A DNA stretch of 64,000 nt from Vitrella brassicaformis CCMP3155 (Eukaryota; Protista; Chromerida), in NCBI GenBank assembly GCA_001179505.1, contig CDMY01000098.1:62001-126000 (forward strand), in the 5' to 3' direction. The stretch's first letter is position 1. Each line of letters starts with the position of its first letter. The notes under the pieces were generated by a model. The model had not been told where the DNA came from and made no database searches. It was given only the letters and a program-made list of their open reading frames with translations. Positions 21,722 through 33,599 of the stretch are shown piece by piece. The position numbers and the translations under genes were made by a program.

Positions 21722-24182
21722 ATGATCTTTCATCGCTTCACGCTGCTGTTGTCATCGGCTCTGAGTGCCACCGCGTCAGCATGGGCTGCAGGCCCATCGT
21801 GGCATCCGTCAGCAGCGTTCGTCCCCCTTTCACCGCTCTCTCGGCCGTACCCACATCTGCATCAGATCGGCAGGCGGCACCGTGTGTCCATGGTGGCGCC
21901 TTCCAAAGTGCCTCAGGAGACCGACGTGGTCGTCATTGGCAGCGGTGATTGCGCCTGCCAGTTGGAAGATCACAATGCAATGATGCAATGCGACTGACTG
22001 ACTGACTGACTGACCGTCTGTGTGCAGGCATCGGTGGTCTGTGTTGTGCGGCTCTGTTGGCCAAGTATGGCGACGATGTCACTGTCTGTGAGTCGCACGT
22101 GTACCCAGGTACTTACTGATGATGCACGCACCAAGAGTGTCGGGCGTATTGACCGTTGCCCTGTCTTTCCTTTTGTGGGTGTCAGGTGGTGCGGCGCACT
22201 CATTTGAGCGTGATGGCTACATGTTTGACTCAGGGCCCAGCCTCTGGGCCGGCATGAGCCAGCCGTCAATCAACCCTCTCAGACAGGCAAGACAGACAGA
22301 CAGACAGGCGGGCCACACCAAGTGCCCGATAATGTGTGTGTGTGCGTGTGTGTGTGGCTGGCTGACAGGTGCTTGATGCCGTGGGTGAGGAGGACTCTAT
22401 CGAGTGGTGCAGCTACGACGGCTGGTCGCTCTACACACCAGAGGGCACATGGAGATTCACTGTGGGCCCGGGCAACTTCGAGCCCACACTGCGCAAGTAC
22501 GGTGGCGAGCAGGCCGTCAAGGAGTGGCGAGCGCTCCTCAAGAAGATGGAACCCATCATAAAGGTCGCCAGCGGCATCCCCCCAATGGCCTTGCGCGCCG
22601 ACCCGTTCGCCGTCCTCACCGTGCTGCCCTACCTGCCCTCTCTGCTCGGTGCAGGCAGGTCAGCTGCACGTGCACCAAATCCGCTCAACAACAGCACTCT
22701 CTGTCACAGTGTGTGTGGGTTTGGTTTGGACAGGTATGCGAACAAGCTGACAGGTCCATTCACCAATATTATGAAGGGCACCGTCAGCAACCCCTTTCTC
22801 TACAACTTCCTCGACTACCTGGCCTTCGCTTTGAGCGGCCTGCCAGCCAACGAGACGATCGGTGCGGCAGTGGCGGTGACGCTCTCCGACATGACGCGGC
22901 CCGGCCGCGCGCTCGACTACCCAAAGGGGGGCGGCGGGGCGGTGGTCGACGCGCTCGTGCGGGTGAGTGAGTGACCGTAGTCGATGGACAGGCATGAAGC
23001 AGTCCAGCCAGCGATTTATGCGTGTCGATCCGATCAGGGGATCGAGAAGCATGACGGTCGTGTGTTGCTGGGTGCTCATGTGGATGAGGTGCTGGTGGAG
23101 GGTGGACGGGCTGTCGGCGTGCGGCTCAAGAATGGCAAGACCATCAAAGCCAGGAAGGCCGTCGTCACCAACGCATCCGTCTGGGACACAGCCAAGCTCC
23201 TCAACCCTGGTAGCTGAGCTGGACCAGGGAGTGAGTGGGTGCCTTGCCTTGCGCTGTTCATGTGTCGACTCTGTCTGCATATGTTCGTGTCTGCAATGCA
23301 GATGTGGTGCCTCCCGAGCTGTTTTCTCGTGCGGACAGGACGCCCACTACGGACAGCTTCATGCACCTGCACCTGGGCATTCGCGCCGACGGGCTGCCCA
23401 AGGACTTCGACATACACCACAGCGTCGTGGTACACACACACACGGATGGAGCGGACGAAAGGATTGATGCAATGCACGTATGTGTGTAGTTTGATTGGGA
23501 CGTGGGCATAGCGGCGCCCGCCAACATGGTGATCGTGTCCATCCCCACCGTGCTTGACCCCTCTCTGGCGCCCGAGGGCCACCACGTGGTCCACGCCTAC
23601 ACCGCCGGCAATGAGCCGTGGGAGCCCTGGCAACACCTTGATAGAAAAAGCCCCGAATACAAAGTGAGTGAACGAATGATCCACTCGCTCGCTCGTTGGA
23701 GGCAGACTGTCAGACTGTCTGTCTGTCTGTCTCTTCTTTCTCTGCGTGCGTCAATTGTCTGTCAGGCCTTCAAGCAGGAGAGGAGCGAGGTGCTGTGGCG
23801 TGCACTGGAGCGATTCATCCCCGACATCAGGGACAGAGTGACGTGTGAGCTGGTCGGCTCCCCCCTCACACACCAGTTCTTCCTGCGCCGCCACCACGGC
23901 ACTTACGGCCCCGCCCTGGCAGCCGGCAAGGAGACCTTCCCGGGCCCCAAGACGCCTCTGAGGCGCCTCTACCAGTGCGGTGACTCGACCTTCCCTGGGA
24001 TCGGTGTGCCTGCGGTGGCCGGGAGCGGCATGAGTGCCGCCAATGCCATGACGCCAGTGGGGAAGCAGCTGAGGCTGCTGGGCGAGCTGAGGAGGAAGGG
24101 GGCGCTCGTGACTCATGAGTGTGAGTGGAGGAGACCTGTGTGTGTGTGGCACGCGGCTGGTGGTGTACATATGGAGGCATAG
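21722..24182 (+). CDS. Plastid-targeted carotenoid isomerase (CRTISO)-like FAD oxidoreductase
   Basis: Bipartite leader with a SAAFVP motif. FAD motif [17 protein letters not shown], then [86 protein letters not shown]. Nine exons. Confidence 0.9.
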
Positions 24183-24489
24183 GTCTGCGAGAAGAAGAGC
24201 TTAATTGTAGGGTTTGTTTATGAGGGTGTGGTGAGCTGCTCACTGAGCGGTGACGTTGTGCGTGGCGTGCGGCAATAAGGAACCCATCCTGAGTCCGAGT
24301 ATGTGTGCCAGGCAGACACTGTTTGTCGCGTGTGTGTGTGTATGTGTGTGTGTATGTGGCCTGCCTTTGACTGATTGAAACGTCTGAGACGTCGATCTGT
24401 CTGTTGGGAGAGTCTCATCTACATATACGCACGCACAGGCCTTTCCCTCCCCTCCCTCTCTGCGCGTGGACCCCTGTTGACATGAGCCT

Positions 24490-24900
24490 GTGTGTGAGTG
24501 TGTCGGTGTGTGCGCCACGCGCTGCTGCACACGCGCATTCATCAAATTCGCAAACCCTACGCATAGCTAGGGTTTAGATGAGCACGTCAGCCGCCGCCCC
24601 GCCCCCCTTCTTAGCACACAGGAATGGGAAAGGCTCCCCCGCAGCGATCGGCAAAATGCGAGCTTAGACGTGCAACGGCACGCACCTTTTTGAAACTTTT
24701 AACCGCGCAGATCAGCAGTAGAGAGGCTCACAGGAAGGCCACACAGCAGCCAGGAGGGCTCTCTTCGCTCAAATCTCTGCTGCTGATGCGGCCTCTGTTT
24801 CTGTCTGCGTCTGTGTGTCAGAGATGGCCGTGTTGCGCCAAGACCCCGAGGCTCGTTTGGGTGTCAGAGGATTGCTGTCGATGAAGGCTTTGCTATGTGC
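24490..24900 (+). repeat. Left arm of a degenerate ~400-450 bp inverted repeat
   Basis: Shares blocks with the reverse complement of 29890-30420: gctgctgcacacgc, gagcacg(t/c)cagccgccgccc, gcgagcttagacgtgc, cagatcagcag(t/c)agagaggctca, gtgtgtcagagatggccg, cagaggattgct(g/c)tcgatga(a/g)ggctttgctatg. Confidence 0.85.
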
Positions 24901-25526
24901 CGATTAATTGGCCTCTGCGAAACGATGCCTTGGCGTGCACTCCCTTGGGGCGCTACGACCCATGTGCAGCTCCGCGACGAGTGCCTCTATAGAGGAGATT
25001 CCTGGGCGTCAGATTGACCAGGGCCTCCAGCCCAACACGCACAGCCGTCGAGCGGTGCTCTCTGAGGCACTTCTGAGTGACTCCCTCCCTCCCCTCTATG
25101 TGTGACTGTCATCTCTGCAGGCACGTCTTCGCTCTGTGGGTGCGGCCCGGCCCATCCAGCACATGGATCAAGTGCACCCTCAAGTTGGTTACACACGTGC
25201 CAAGAGAGAGGAACAGGTCAGCAAAACTGACGACGCTACGCAACCGCAAAAAAATGTCACCATTTTGGCATTTTTGACCGTAGGATGACCATTGATGGCC
25301 ACCTGCAGGCCGACAGACGACCGATAGACAAGAACCAAGACCACCCAGGGTTAGTGCGAAAATACCTACAACGACCTATTTAGAACCGACTTCTTGTCTT
25401 TGACCTACTTGGCCCAGTGGGTGGGCAATCCACCTACCCCCAGGTAGGTATACACACCCTCCGCACACACCCTGCCTTGCCTTGTGCTGTTCGTGTGTAG
25501 ACTCTGCATTCGTGTGTGATATGCAG

Positions 25527-26282
25527 ATGTGGTGCCTCGCGAGCTGTTTTCTCGCGCGGACAGGACGCCCACTACGGACAGCTTCATGCACCTGCACCTG
25601 GGCATTCGCGCCGACGGGCTGCCCAAGGACCTCGACATACACCACAGCGTCGTGGTACACACACACACACACACACACACACGGATGGAGCGGACGGAAG
25701 GATTGATGCGATGCACGTATGTGTGTAGTTTGATTGGGACGTGGGCATAGCGGCGCCCGCCAACATGGTGATCGTGTCCATCCCCACCGTGCTTGACCCC
25801 TCTCTGGCGCCCGAGGGCCACCACGTGGTCCACGCCTACACCGCCGGCAATGAGCCGTGGGAGCCCTGGCAACACCTTGATAGAAAAAGCCCCGAATACA
25901 AAGTGAGTGAACGAATGATCCACTCGCTCGCTCGTTGGAGGCAGACTGTCAGACTGTCTGTCTGTCTGTCTCTTCTTTCTCTGCGTGCGTCAATGGTCTG
26001 TCAGGCCTTCAAGCAAGAGAGGAGCGAGGTGCTGTGGCGTGCACTGGAGCGATTCATCCCCGACATCAGGGACAGAGTGTCGTGCCAGCTGGTCGGCTCC
26101 CCCCTCACACACCAGTTCTTCCTGCGCCGCCACCACGGCACTTACGGCCCCGCCCTGGCAGCCGGCAAGGAGACCTTCCCGGGCCCCAAGACGCCGCTGA
26201 GGCGTCTCTACCAGTGCGGCGACTCGACCTTCCCTGGGATCGGTGTGCCTGCGGTGGCCGGGAGCGGCATGAGTGCCGCCAA
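25527..26282 (+). pseudogene. Partial duplicate of the 3' exons of the CRTISO-like gene (5'-truncated, runs into the gap)
   Basis: Near-identical to 23300-24042 ([26 protein letters not shown] ... GSGMSAA). Homology begins in an intron at ~25470; no upstream exons. Confidence 0.8.
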
Positions 26283-26582
26283 NNNNNNNNNNNNNNNNNN
26301 NNNNNNNNNNNNNNNNNNNNNNNNNNNNNNNNNNNNNNNNNNNNNNNNNNNNNNNNNNNNNNNNNNNNNNNNNNNNNNNNNNNNNNNNNNNNNNNNNNNN
26401 NNNNNNNNNNNNNNNNNNNNNNNNNNNNNNNNNNNNNNNNNNNNNNNNNNNNNNNNNNNNNNNNNNNNNNNNNNNNNNNNNNNNNNNNNNNNNNNNNNNN
26501 NNNNNNNNNNNNNNNNNNNNNNNNNNNNNNNNNNNNNNNNNNNNNNNNNNNNNNNNNNNNNNNNNNNNNNNNNNNNNNNNNN
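26283..26582. other. Assembly gap (~300 N)
   Basis: Run of N. Confidence 0.99.
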
Positions 26583-26899
26583 AGGCCACTCAGTGCCTGC
26601 CTGACTCAGTGTCTGTCTGTCCGTCTGTCTGTCTGTCCGTCTGTCTGTCCATCTATGTATCTATGGCTTTTCCCGGTAGTAGGGGCGTGTGCATGTGGGC
26701 GATGGAACCGTAGCGTGTCGCTGGCTGCGTGTTTTTCCGTGTTCATGACTGTAGACACACCTATGGTTGCTTGATAGCGATCAATTAATGCCTTCCCGTC
26801 TGTGTCTTGTCGTTGTCGATCTGGCTGGCTGTGGCCAAGAATCGTTCGTTTGATCACCAGCCGCTCGAGCCATTGTCACAGATCCATGTGCGTGTGTTC

Positions 26900-29745
26900 T
26901 GTCAGCTCACTCATTGCATCGTCCATTCCATACATGCCTGTCTGTCTGTCTGTGTCTGTCCATCGGTCTACGCCTCTTGTGTCGGCCACAGAGCGCAGAC
27001 TGCGTGTCGCGGATAGAACGAGACCAAACTGTGCACACACACACACACACACGCACACACACGCAGTGCAAGAGATGGACTGCCCACTGAGCCCTCTGGT
27101 CAAATGCTTACTTGTGGAGTCCGTCGATTTGCTGCCGCACTGGCAACGCTGATGACGCCCCGCGCAGCTTCGACGACGGAGAAGCGCCAAGACGCACCAA
27201 CCCAACTCCATCTGACACCGACGTACATCACATGCCCCCGTCTATTTGTGTTTGTCTGTGTGCGTACTGCCGATGCCGCTGTCGTGTGCAGTCTGCCTGG
27301 GGTGCATCTTGACCACAAGTGCATCGTCACTGATCGAAGACATGCACACACACACACCGGGGAAAGATGGATCGATGGCTGTAGCATCCGTGTGTCACCG
27401 ACCGCGTGAGTATTTTGTATGTCGCGAGCAGGTCGGCCAACTCGACGCCATTCGTCAGGTACGCCAAGGCCAAATCGTGGCGGCGGAAACAGTAGCTGTG
27501 CGAGGCGATCTCAGACCAATGCCTTTGCGTCAACGACCCATAAAGCAGAGAGAGAGATGGATGGAGACACGACGCCCGCTTGTGTGTTTGTGTCTGTGAT
27601 GACTACCTGTTGGTCATCTGGTTGAGGTTTGTGTCTGTCTGTTCCTGCATGATGGCCCCCTTCAACGCGTCTGTCCACTGCTGCAGCTCTGTGTCGTCCG
27701 TCGAAGCGATCCGCTCCCCCACACCAGCCAACACTTCACCTGAACACACACACACGCGCACACATTTGTTCTCACGTAAGATGCTTTCGGCGCGTGTGGC
27801 GTACTCATTCGCTGCACGACGTCTTCGGGCGAGGCTTTGCTTCCCTCCAAGTAACAGTGCAGCTTGTGTGCATACGGCGGTCTGGTCACGAGGTGTGCGC
27901 CAGCGATGTAGCCGAGCTGGGATTGTGTGCGCAGGGTGTCGTAGAGAGACTGGTGCACGAGCTGGGAGAGGATGCTCAGGTGAACTCCTTCCTCGATGCC
28001 CAGGTAGGGGTACTGATAGACCAGCAGGCTTGCTCCATTGACGTCGTCTGCATTTGGATGAGACATGAATGTTTCCCCATTGACAAGTGTGTGTGTGTCT
28101 GTGTGTGTGTCTGTCTCTCTCACTCTGAATGGGGTTCGAGGCCTCCACGCTGATATGCTGTCCTCGCAATTGGGCCACAGCTAACTCGGCGGCGTCGGCA
28201 GGTGGGAGTGGGTGGCTCACGCCGATCGTGTGTGCGAATGCCGTGATGACGTCCGCACTCTCGGCCTCATTGAGATTCCCACAGCTAGGCGACACACACA
28301 AAGACGGAAGGGGACAGACATGACGAGAAAGGTCTGTGTGAATGTGTATGTGCGTGTGTGTGTGTGACCTCAGCGCCTCGAGAGTGAGTCTGTCCATCTG
28401 TTGGCTGACGGTCTGCTGCATCTGCTGAGTGGCTTCTCCCGCACTGCTCAGGCCACTGAGGAACGCCGCCAGCTCGGATCGGTGGAACGATTGACGCACA
28501 CTGATGGCCTCGGCTATCTGTGCACATCACATACCCACATGCAACACGTGGATGGATCCATGTGTTGTGTGTGGGTAAATGCACTCACTTCGCCGGCGGA
28601 CTGGACGGCCAGTCCTGTGTTGACGTCGCGCAGGTCAGAGAGGAGCGCACTCAGCGCACGCGACACGGACGAATCTCCAGCCGTGGTGTGTGCGGTGGCG
28701 AACGCCTTTGCGGTCGCATTGACGAGATGAGGCATCTGAAGTGCGTACGCTGTGAACCGGAAAGTCCACCCCCTTTGGTGGCTGTACGTGACACGCGCGG
28801 TGGCGCCGCACTGTCGCAGGTCAGCCAGGTCAATGTCGAGGGCGTCACCGAGGACATACTCATACAGGCGGCTCAATGACGACACACGCAATGCAGCCTG
28901 CATCCATGACCAACACACAAAATGACATACGTATGGTCTCTCTATCATGCTGGTGCAGTCGCTCACCTCGTCTGAGTCGATCTTGGGAGTCTGGAGGGAC
29001 ACGACCACATCTGCCTTTGGTGTGAGCACCGTGCGTGTATTCTTTGCCGATGGCTGCCCCTGCCACCACAGTGTAGCGCCGTCGACGTTGATGCGTGAGG
29101 GCCCATCTCGGCCTGCCGTGCGAGTGAGTGGCTGTTGTGTCAGCTGGGGGATGAAGCGGAGCGGGGGAGGGACTGAGAGTGGCTCGCTCGAGGCACGCCA
29201 GGTGGCGATGACATCGGGAGGAACGGGGGAGATGGCAAACGACACCCTGCATTTGTGACAAATCCATCAGTTTATGTCGATATCTCTCTCTGTGCATGTG
29301 TGTGAGTGGCCTGACTTGTAGTGTGGGTCCGTCATGCAGGGCGGCGACAAAGGAGAATAGCATCGAAACTCACCTGCATTCACCACACACACACACACAC
29401 ACACAAACATAGAAGCTGTGTACACAATGTCTGGCTTCGTGGCTTCGTGGATGATGCGCACGGTCTGCAAATGCGATGTTGGCCTTCTCGGGCGTCATGT
29501 GTGTGTGCAGCACATCCATCAGCAGCTCTGTGTCGGGCACATCCATGAGTCCGTGCACATCTGCCAGCAGGTCCCTCGGCGGCACATGTGGGTAGGACAA
29601 GGACTCAGCGAGACGCCACGCATCAGCACCTATACCATTCACCGGGACAGTGCGAGTGTCTTCACGTGTCTCTTCCGTGTCTTACTTATGTCCGTGCTCT
29701 TGTCGGTCCAGGCGAAGTCGACTGACGACATCTGGGCCAGAGTCG
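26900..29745 (-). pseudogene. 5'-truncated copy of the insulinase gene (C-terminal two-thirds; lacks signal peptide and HXXEH)
   Basis: Exon-by-exon homology to 33600-36430 (YPHVPPRDLLADVHGLMDVPD, LSRLYEYVLGDALDIDLADL, SILSQLVHQSLYDTLRTQSQLGY). Homology ends ~29745, with an in-frame TAG just upstream. The 3' flank 26585-26900 also matches 33270-33600. Confidence 0.8.
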
Positions 29746-29889
29746 CAACCAACACGTACGGCTATCTTGAGGGACCTGCACACAACGCACTCGTGGCTGA
29801 GCTGCACATGGGCAACAGCATCTCACACACAACAGAACTATGTGTGTGAGCCCACACAAACGCACCAGCCGTGCGCAGCGGCCAGCTGC

Positions 29890-30420
29890 AGCATAGCAAA
29901 GCCCTCATCGAGAGCAATCCTCTGGCAGGCGAATGAGCCTCCGATGCACCCACCTTCCACACGCTGGGCGGCCATAAGCTGCTCATCCACACACAACACA
30001 ATTACGGTCAAGGCCCATGTTTTTCGCGTGTATCGTTAGCTACCCTTCTGTGACAGAGATGATGGTAAGTTTGTTGTGGGGCAGTAGTTCCTAGGCACTC
30101 CCCTTGGCGCAATGCGGCCATCTCTGACACACACAGACACAAAAGCGCATCAGCCGCATAGATTTGGGCCAAGAGAGCTCTCCTGGCTGCGTGTGCGGCC
30201 TTCCCATGAGCCTCTCTGCTGCTGATCTGTGCGCTTGGGGCGCTGCCTTTCTTCCGCAGCACGTCTAAGCTCGCAGGTTTGGAACCCTGCGACCGGGAGG
30301 CTTTCTCCCATTGCAAGGGGGCCGGGCGGCGGCTGGCGTGCTCAGCGAAATCCTAAGGGGGCGTGGGGTGTGCGAAATTGGTGAATGCGGCGTGTGCAGC
30401 AGCACATAGCGCGCACCCCC
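29890..30420 (-). repeat. Right arm of the degenerate inverted repeat (homolog of 24490-24900)
   Basis: See left arm; matched by eye on the reverse complement. Confidence 0.85.
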
Positions 30421-30882
30421 ACAGCCAGGTTTATCGGAGAGAGAAACAGCCGTCTGCCTGTGTGTGCACAAGCACTATATTCGCCCCTTCAAGAGAGAGT
30501 CACGTGTCGAGCACACTCCTGCCGTCATTCTCACACCCCAGTCGCCCCCACACACCCACCCGACGCTGAGAAACACATGGGCAAGTGGGTGCACATCTGG
30601 CGGTGTGTACCAAATCAACTCGATCAACACAACCAAAGAGCATCAGGCCATCGATCTTGTGTGTATACATACCGCCTCCAACTGAAGGAGCATTCCGGTC
30701 GTAAAGCAGGCACATACCTAGCTCCACTTGTCTTCGGTGGGCAAATCACTCAACGAACCACCGATCTCTGCACACACACACACAACGGCCTCAAGCAAGA
30801 GCATTGAAAGAGCGTCGAGTGTCGAGCACTCACCGGCCGTCATTCTGATGCCCCAAACACCGGGCCCCACACGTCCACTCAG

Positions 30883-31874
30883 TCAGTCACACCACCAAAG
30901 GGCTTTGACCGGTGTCTGTCTGTGAATCGCCCTTCGTTCTTCGTCTGTCAGGCTCTTGCGCCACGTCCCCCAGCTCATCGACCCACAGATAATCTCCTGC
31001 AGACGTGGGCAGGTCGCTGTCTGTCTCTCTGGCTGTCTGTCTGTGGCTGTCTGATTTACCATCGCACAGCAGAAGTCGTCTTGGGGCATGCTGAGACAGA
31101 TCGACTGGCCGACACATGGCCTCATGAAGTTGTGCTCAGCTGATGGATGTCACACACACACACACACACACACACACATTCAGAGAGAGAGAGAGAGAGA
31201 GGCAGAGAAGACTGACACGCTTGACGATGCGCGCGAGAACCAATCCCCCCCCNNNNNNNNNNNNNNNNNNNNNNNNNNNNNNNNNNNNNNNNNNNNNNNN
31301 NNNNNNNNNNNNNNNNNNNNNNNNNNNNNNNNNNNNNNNNNNNNNNNNNNNNNNNNNNNNNNNNNNNNNNNNNNNNNNNNNNNNNNNNNNNNNNNNNNNN
31401 NNNNNNNNNNNNNNNNNNNNNNNNNNNNNNNNNNNNNNNNNNNNNNNNNNNNNNNNNNNNNNNNNNNNNNNNNNNNNNNNNNNNNNNNNNNNNNNNNNNN
31501 NNNNNNNNNNNNNNNNNNNNNNNNNNNNNNNNNNNNNNNNNNNNNNNNNNNNCCCCCCCCCCCCCCCCACCGCCCCCACATAGATCGCTACGTTTGCTGA
31601 TCTCGTCCACCAGGCCCTTGTAGAAGTCGGCGAAGGTTCGGTCATCTTTGCAGCACTTATTGTATGCGACGAACATCACACGCAGCTTGCGATCCACGAG
31701 CTGCCAGCACACACACACACACCCCGCACCAACCGATCGGTCCACTCACTGAGTGTCTGTCTGTCTGTCTTCCTACTCACACCGACCCGATCAAGGGGCC
31801 GCGTCTCGACGATCTCTCCCAACGCCTCGACCTGCTGGTGCATTTGGTAGTCACACGTGCGCCTGACACACACA

Positions 31875-31909
<35 letters not shown>

Positions 31910-32770
31910 TGAGACGGCTGTCATGCAGCATACACACATACATACTGGTAAGTCCAGCCCTTCTCAAAGCCGCTGTTGAAGAGTGCTTGGCCGGCGTAGT
32001 TTTCGAAGATGGTCACAGGACAAAACTCCTGGTTCTCGCTAAGCCACTCGTAGATGAAGGTGTCTATGAGCTCATCCTTGTGCAGAATCATAGACACCCC
32101 CTCGGAAAATGCTGAAAATCCTTCTGTCTTCAGGCTCATGACCTCGGCTTGACGCCCCGGAAGACGACGCAGCGGGCTGGCCACGCGAGCCATGACATGT
32201 GGCCGCACAATGTCATCGGTGTTTGTTGGCTGTCCGAAAGCGCGAGAGCGGAGAGGCGACAGTAAGCTGACGATGCTGCTTGAGGGGCAGAAGGCGAGAA
32301 CCGTCAGCGGAAACACCAGCAGCAGTACGTTGCCAACAGCCTGGATGATGTTAAACAAGATCTGCATTGTCCAAGCTGTGAGGTAGATGACGTCGTGCTC
32401 CTTGAGGTAAGATCCTCTCAACGACCCGCCAGATGCTGTCAATCAAAGGACACACACACAACACACACGACCATCTTCCCTCTTCTCCGTGAGTGATGAG
32501 TGCAGTGTTCGGGCTCACCTCTGGCAGGTCATGCTCGACAGGGGCCACACGCTCAGACTGTCCAGCCATCGCACACATGGAAAGAAGTGACGATCGGACG
32601 GACAGTTTCTCCCGATCTGGTCATCTGATCATCCATACTCGAAGATTCATCCTGGCTGCTGCTCCATGGTCCTTCCATGCGCCTCCTGACGTTCGCGGTC
32701 GTCGCCGCTCTCTCCCTGGCAGCAGCAGCAGTGTAGTCGTCTGCCTCACCGTCGGCATTCCTCACACCAG
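30883..32770 (-). CDS. Spliced hypothetical protein with a hydrophobic segment and Cys-rich C-terminal exons; spans a gap; ends uncertain
   Basis: Exons GSYLKEHDVIYLTAWTMQILFNIIQAVGNVLLLVFPLTVLAF...FEKGWTYQ, RTCDYQMHQQVEALGEIVETRPLDRVG, LVDRKLRVMFVAYNKCCKDDRTFADFYKGLVDEI and MRPCVGQSICLSMPQDDFCCAM|EIICGSMSWGTWRKSL, flanked by GT-AG sites. Confidence 0.55.
31253..31551. other. Assembly gap (~300 N) flanked by poly-C
   Basis: Run of N. Confidence 0.99.
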
Positions 32771-32803
32771 TCGCCCAGAAAGGCGGCATCGCCGCTAAGC
32801 CGA

Positions 32804-33262
32804 ATGGACGCCTCCGGATGCGCCAGCACCCTCTCCAAGCCGTCACGCAGCGATTCACGCTTGAACGCCATATCGGTAAGGGCAGAGATCTGTAGTGTAG
32901 TCTCTCTCTCTCAGTGTGTGTGTGTGTGTGTGTGTGCACAGAAGCGCATGCAGGGCAAGGTCGGCCCGCCTCCGACCGACGAGGAGCTCTTGCAGTGGTT
33001 GGCCGACACAGAGGCCATCCTGGTCCAAATCCTGCAGGGCAAGAGGTAAGTGCGGTGCGTCTGTCTAATGTGTGTGCGCAGGTGGGCCTGTCTCGTCGCT
33101 GCTTGCAGACCGCCTGGTTCGGACAAGGTTGCCGAGGATTTCGCATTGAGAGTGTCTGCCCTCTCAGACTGTGAGCAACTAACTAACAATCGTGCATTAT
33201 ATGGGTGCATTCGTTGCAGTCCATGTGTGTGGGTGAGGGGGATGGGTCTTCAGTTTTGTTGA
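32804..33262 (+). CDS. Short spliced hypothetical ORF or gene fragment
   Basis: Phase-compatible exons MDASGCASTLSKPSRSDSRLNAIS | KRMQGKVGPPPTDEELLQWLADTEAILVQILQGKR | PPGSDKVAEDFALRVSALSD with canonical GT-AG sites. Confidence 0.35.
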
Positions 33263-33599
33263 TTGCAATGGGACCATCTGTATGTTGATCTGTCTGTCTG
33301 TCTGTCCATCTATGTATCTATGGCTTTTCCCGGTAGTAGGGGCGTGTGCATGTGGGCGATGGAAGGTAGCGTGTCGCTGGCTGCATGTTTTTCCGTGTTC
33401 GTGACTGTAGACACACCTAACTATGGTTGTTTGATAGCGATCAATGCAATGCCTTCCCGTCTTCTGTGCCTTGCCGTTGTCGGTCGGTCTGGCTGTGGCA
33501 AAGAATCGCCTCTCTTCGTTTGATCAAAAGCCCCTCGAGTCATTGTCATAGATACATGTGCGTGTGTTGTGTCAGCTCACTCGTTTCATCGTCCATCCC

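Noticed and set aside
30493-30870. ~60-bp degenerate direct repeat (gtgtcgagcac...gccgtcattct) at ~30500 and ~30820
   Set aside because: Short, diverged and non-coding, with no structure suggesting function; probably an old local duplication.
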